From positions 15,006,001 to 15,070,000 of the forward strand of contig NC_087252.1 in assembly GCF_037042905.1 (NCBI RefSeq): 64,000 nt of DNA, read 5' to 3'. Below the pieces are notes generated by a model. The model searched no databases, was not told where the DNA came from, and saw only the letters and a program-made list of their open reading frames with translations. The position numbers and the translations under genes were made by a program. Of the stretch, positions 59,337-64,000 are shown one piece after another (position 1 is the first letter of the stretch; every line of letters begins with the position of its first letter). Origin of the DNA: Lytechinus pictus (taxonomy: Eukaryota).

Positions 59337-59407
59337 TTAATTTGGTTCAATGACATTTGGACCAGCAACAATTGCTCCGATGGAAAATCAGCACGTTAAA
59401 GCCAAAC

Positions 59408-60373
59408 ACAAGTGGAATGCCTCTGGCCGTCTCACCTGCATCATGCGATTCAATATAGCAGCAGTGCTGATTTTGAAAACTACTATAACTCGCACAAGAT
59501 GTTCAGTGATACTTGGTTACTCTTATTTCCACGTTTTATGAACTAGACCAATACACTTATAGAGATATGATGGCAATTCAACAAATACCCCCAACGTGGC
59601 CAAAGTTCTTTGACCTTACATGACCTTTGACCTTGATCATGTGACCTGAAACTCGCACAGGATGTTCAGTGATACTTGATTACTATTATGTCCAAGTTTT
59701 ATGAACTAGACCAACACACTTTCAAATTTATGGCTGTAATTCAACAAATACCCCAATTTGGCCAAAGTTCATTGACCCTAAATGACCTTTGACCTTGATC
59801 ATGTGACCTGAAACTTGCACAGGATGTTCAGTAATACTTGATTACTATTATGTCCAAGTTTCATGAATCAGATCCATAAACTTTCAAAGTTATGATGGTA
59901 ATTCAACAGATACCCCCAATTCGGCCAAAGTTCATTGACCCTAAATGACCTTTGACCTTGGTCATGTGACGTGAAACTCATGCAGGATGTTCAGTGATAC
60001 TTGATTAACCTTATGTATAAGTTTCATGAACTAGGTCCATATATTTTCTAAGTTATGATGACATTTCAAAAACTTAACCTTAGGTTAAGATTTTGATGTT
60101 GATTCCCCCAACATGGTCTAAGTTCATTGACCCTAAATGACCTTTGACCTTGGTCATGTGACATGAAACTCAGGCAGGATGTTCAGTAATACTTGATTAA
60201 CCTTATGGCCAAGTTTCATGAACTAGGTCCATATACTTTCTAAGTTATGCTGTCATTTCAAAAACTTAACCTCAGGTTAAGATTTGGTGTTGACGCCGCC
60301 GTCGCCGCCGCCGCCGCCGTCGCCGTCGGAAAAGCGGCGCCTATAGTCTCACTCTGCTATGCAGGTGAGACAA
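59408..60373. mobile_element. Helentron-associated element, copy 2
   Basis: Almost identical to 33178-34173; splits a MITE whose intact relative lies at about 10220-10420. Confidence 0.85.
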
Positions 60374-60716
60374 TAAAACCAAATTCCAAATCTAAAACTA
60401 AATATAAAAGCCCTAATCCTTATCTTTACATTACTCCGAGTCTGAACCAAATACTCTTATATCCAAACTCCAACTCTATGCCCTCTGAGATATAAAGAGA
60501 GGAGCACATGGCACAGGAGCATACACTGTAAAAACTGTGGTGTTAAAACCGACACCAATTGGTGTTAATAGAGAACCACACCCTGAGGGGTAAAAATTAC
60601 ACCCTAGAGATTGAACATAACACCAAAGAGTGTACATGTAACAACCAAAGGTGTATAACACCTACAGAACCTATCAATTTATTTTCAATTCGTCTACTAC
60701 CAATTCTTCTCCTATC

Positions 60717-61025
60717 ATGCTTTTCACACTGCATATACATATTTTCACAATACGTTTTAATAGCAAAGTGGGAAGCAGTGTGAAACTAAACCGGGCTACT
60801 AATAAAAGGAAAAGTGGGGCTAAGCATTAGCCAATCACATAATTCAAAATTGCACATTAATCACGCTCTGTGTGGCAAAATCATCAATATTCATGAACTG
60901 TGCGATAGTCCGGGCTTAAGGCGTTAACCCCGCCAATTAAAGCAAATAGTATGGGGTTAAAAAAGACAGTGTGAAAACAAAAAAGATAGTATGGGGTAAT
61001 CAAGGAAATGCAGTGTGAAAAGCAT
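60717..61025. mobile_element. MITE
   Basis: TIR atgcttttcacactgcat/atgcagtgtgaaaagcat with atc on both flanks. Confidence 0.7.
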
Positions 61026-62423
61026 ATCATTGGTCTAATACTCTAATTGCCATTTCATCCACTCACCATTTCGTCTTATATTCACAGGCCACTAAATTCC
61101 CAGCCAGAATCTAATAAAATTATGTACACTACTGCATAATAAAATCTGCCTGGGCATGGCCGTTCACCTACAATTTAAGGGGCAAGGCCCAGTAGGCACA
61201 TAATTCACAGGCCACCATCTACCAGCTCAAATCTTAGGGAAGGCGTCCAAATTATCATCAGCGGCGCGCCGCCAGATTCCACGCCAATCCTGCTTGATCC
61301 TGATTGCGCGATAGGCAGCCTACGCGTATCACAAAAGTGGTTCAGGATCCTGCCGGAAGACGATTTTGTCTTCTCAGATACTCATCAGGATCCTGAATCT
61401 TCATCACCGCCCTTGCTACAGATGTGCGCCATTAAAGTAAAATGTGCGCTCGTTCATGCCTATAGCTAGCCAGCCTAGCCTGTCCTCCTGAATAGCCACT
61501 TCGATTCAAAACCTACCTGAACACAATGTCTCGTTTTTGATATGCAATTGAGTTTCTTCTCTCATATTCTTGAATGCATGAACGCATCTATATTTGTCTT
61601 TTATCTTGGCACTGTAAAAAAAAAATCAGACTAACAAAATACTGAAAATTTCATCAAAATCGAACAAGGAAAAACAAAATTATGAAGAACTGTTTGATCA
61701 GAAATATGCATACCGTTATAATGTATGCATTGTGTATTTGTGCATATATTTTTTAAAAATATACTATACATTTTAAAGATATATGCATAATTCCGGTCAA
61801 ACAGTTCTTGGCATGTCTTCATAATTCATGATGACAATACCCAATTTCTCTTTTGTAGGAATTAGGTTTGTTCATTTTTTTTTCTCGGGAAAAAAAATTA
61901 TTTGACTACTGATGTTAGTGCATTAGATATTCGTTGTCGCAACTATTTTATTTCAAGGTAGACATAGCATCAACACAATAATGTATGAAAAAAATGAACA
62001 ATTACGACTCCTTGTAATAACATAAGGGAAGCGGGGATGTGACATCATCAGCCATATAAATAACAAACTAAGTGCATTAGATGTTCCTTCCTGCAAATTA
62101 TTATATTTCAAGGTAGACATAGCATCAACACAATGTGTTTCATTTTCTCATGTCTTTATATGAAAAAACGCAATAATTACGATTTCATGTAATATAAGAA
62201 AAAGGGAAGGGAGGATGTGACACATCATTTTTTTTCATTCAAGACATAAAAAAAATAATAAAATGACATCTGATAGTGCATAGCGCTGGGAAGAGGAGTG
62301 ACCTTCGTTTACTTTTTTTTACTTTTCAAATTTCACCAGTTGGATCTCAAATTGTATTGAAAACCTTCCCGGAAAAATTGTTAAGGGCCCTGTGATAGTG
62401 CACTATAAATATTCATTGCTGCG

Positions 62424-63952
62424 CAGTGGCGTACGCAGGATTTTTGAAAAGATAGGGGGTTCAAGCTGAGAGAGATGTAAACAAGTAAAATGCCTCTGGC
62501 TGTCTCACCTGCATCACGCGATTCAATATAGCAGCAGTGCTGACTTTGAAAACTACTATAAAATAATTATTCACAAAAAAACACCATTGATATAATGATA
62601 CAATAATACATTCATTGACATTTGACCTTGATCATGTGACCTAAAACTTGTCAGTGATACTTGATTACCCCTATATCCACATTTTATACAAGTGCTATAT
62701 CTATAAACTTTGAAAATTATGACAGCAATCTAATAATCACCTCTAAAATGGCCAAAGTCCAATTACCTTAAATGACCTTTGACATTGGTCTTGTGACCTG
62801 AAACTCGCATGAGATGTTCAGTGATACTTGATGACTCTTATGTCCAAGTTTTATGAACTAGACCAATATACTTACAGAGTTATGATGGTAATTCAACAAA
62901 TACCCACAACATGGCCAAAGTCCATTGACCTTTCACCTTGGTCATGTGACCTGAAACTCGCACAAGATGTTCAGTGATACTTGGCTACTCTTATGTCCAC
63001 GTTTTATGAACTAGACCAATACACTTACAGAGATATGATGGTAATTCAACAAATACCCCCAACATGGCCAAAGTTTATTGACCTTATATGACCTTTGACC
63101 TTGGTCGTGTGACCTGAAACTCGGACGAGATGTTCAAAGATACTTGATTACTTTTATGGCCAAGTTTCATGAATCAGATTCATAAACTATCAAAGTTATG
63201 ATGGTAATTCAACAGATACCCCTAATTTGGCCAAAGTTCATTGACCCTAAATGACCTTTAACCTTAATCATGTGACCTGAAACTTGCACAGGATGTTCAG
63301 TGATACTTGATTACTATTATGTCCAAGTTTCATGAATCAGATCCATAAACATTCAAAGTTATGATGGTAATTCAACAGATACCCCAAATTTGGCCAAAGT
63401 TCATTGACCCTAAATGACCTTTGACCTTGGTCATGTGACATGAAACTCAAGCAGGATGTTTAGTAATACTTACTTAACCTTATGTTAAACTTTCATGAAC
63501 TAGGTCCATATATTTTCTAAGTTATGATGACATTTCAAAAACTTAACCTTAGGTTAAGATTTTGATGTTGATTCCCCCAACATGGTCTATTAAAGTTCAT
63601 TGACCCTAAATGAACTTTGACCTTGGTCATGTGACCTGAAACTCAGGCAGAATGTTCAGTGATACTTGATTAACCTTATGGGTTATGGCCAAGTTCCATG
63701 AACTAGGTCCTTTAACCTAGGTCCATATACTTTTTAAGTTATGCTGTCATTTAAAAAACTTAACCTTAGAGATTTGGTGTTGACGCCGCCGCCGCCATCG
63801 CTGTCGTAAAAGTGGCGCCTATAGTCTCACTCTGCTTTTTGAGGGGGGTGAATTCTTAGGGGGCGGGGATTGGGTATAAAAAATATTAAAGGGGGGTTGA
63901 ACACCTGTAACCACCTCCCCCCCCCCCCTCCCTGCGTACATGTACGTCACTG
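62424..63952. mobile_element. hAT-like MITE hosting Helentron-like copy 3
   Basis: TIR cagtggcgtacgcagg / cctgcgtac[atgtac]gtcactg; TSD ttgctgcg/ttgctgca. Confidence 0.75.
62481..63836. mobile_element. Helentron-associated element, copy 3 (more diverged, more units, right end truncated)
   Basis: Same head, tandem units and tail as copies 1 and 2. Confidence 0.8.
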
Positions 63953-64000
63953 TTGCTGCAACTTGTTTCATTACAAGGTAGACATATCATTCACACACGA

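Noticed and set aside
61040..61100. Possible upstream FERM exon (gtgagt donor near 61066)
   Set aside because: Stop codon in the required phase and no FERM similarity.

Overview
Eukaryotic, AT-rich, repeat-dense genomic DNA. The repeat landscape looks like a marine invertebrate deuterostome, possibly a sea urchin; this is inference and cannot be confirmed here. The main gene is a Janus kinase (JAK) on the minus strand. Sixteen GT-AG exons between 57835 and 12888 splice in phase into 848 codons plus a stop, covering the end of the FERM domain, the SH2-like domain, the JH2 pseudokinase, an unusually long acidic linker and the JH1 tyrosine kinase. The 5' FERM exons were not found and probably lie beyond 64000. 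Introns and flanks carry many non-autonomous DNA transposons (hAT-, Kolobok-, piggyBac-, Sola- and Helentron-like), tRNA-SINEs, a solo LTR and microsatellites. The strongest second-look items are: (1) a TSD-flanked SINE whose head resembles the 7SL RNA Alu domain; (2) a solo LTR with two perfect heat-shock elements just upstream of a TATA box, antisense to JAK; (3) Helentron-like elements carrying perfect DR1 nuclear-receptor sites; (4) degenerate tandem copies of four JAK exon boundaries; (5) divergent JAK regulatory motifs; (6) strong enrichment of TACATGTA footprints; (7) a Penelope-type minimal hammerhead candidate. All alignments were done by eye.
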